A DNA stretch of 64,000 nt from Trichoplax sp. H2 (taxonomy: Eukaryota), in the NCBI GenBank assembly GCA_003344405.1, contig NOWV01000114.1:1-64000 (forward strand), in the 5' to 3' direction. A program made the translations under genes and the position numbers. Position 1 is the stretch's first letter, and every line of letters starts with the position of its first letter. Of the stretch, positions 63,492 to 64,000 are shown one piece after another. The notes beneath the pieces were generated by a model. It saw only the letters and a list, made by a program, of their open reading frames with translations, was not told the DNA's origin and did no database searches.

Positions 63492-64000
63492 TTTAAGTTT
63501 TTAGAATGCCAGAAGCTACTTCAGCTACAAATAGAATCTTAACAGTTGTTATGAATTGTCTAAATAGTAGCATGACTATTTTGTATTGTACTTTATCAGT
63601 AGCCCTTAAAAATATCAGCGTACTTGATCTTGAATTGTGCATATCTACTGTTGAACGACCTTCAGCGGCTATTTTTGTTGTGCGACTCAGTAAACGTGTG
63701 AATACAATTTATGCATATTTTTGAATTCAAATTTGTCACTGTTGTACTCTAGATCAATAAAGTATATGAAATACAATTGCTGATGGTTTTTTAGGGCCAA
63801 GCTTAGAGTCTATTTATTCTGTCATTACTGAGACCAAGCGATTATTCTTGGGAATATCATCTATTACTATTTTAGAAAGTAGTTTTGACAATGATGCAGT
63901 GTGGAAGTTGGTATAAGAATAGTGTCACAAAGCTACAGCCTGAAAATATTTATCGTTGGATCCTACCTAACGTTAGGCATTTAATCAATATGCGATAAAT

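Noticed and set aside
63506-63724. 72-aa ORF after ARPC3 and its open antisense frame
   Set aside because: Lies in the expected ARPC3 3' UTR with no recognisable motif or splice support.

Overview
AT-rich, gene-dense, intron-rich eukaryotic DNA with short GT-AG introns and animal-type genes. It resembles a compact early-branching metazoan genome such as a placozoan, but the organism is an inference. Hand-assembled gene models: four nucleoside hydrolase (IUNH-family) paralogs (1-541 -, 1172-2372 +, 4273-6122 +, 16484-18267 -), LIS1/PAFAH1B1, PRPF8, RFC2, CLUH, an intronless cytochrome b5-fused desaturase, a PRD-class Q50 homeobox gene, RNFT1/2 and ARPC3. Main points of interest: (1) the nucleoside hydrolase paralogs differ in active-site class and predicted targeting, and one has an MGC acylation motif but has lost catalytic residues; (2) TACAG/CTGTA arrays mark every head-to-head intergenic region; (3) the desaturase has HIEHH in place of the front-end QxxHH box; (4) PRP8 has a 4.9-kb exon; (5) LIS1, PRPF8 and CLUH are linked as on human 17p13.3; (6) there are several tiny foldback, MITE and Helitron-like elements. 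Exon boundaries were read by eye, and no searches or folding were run.
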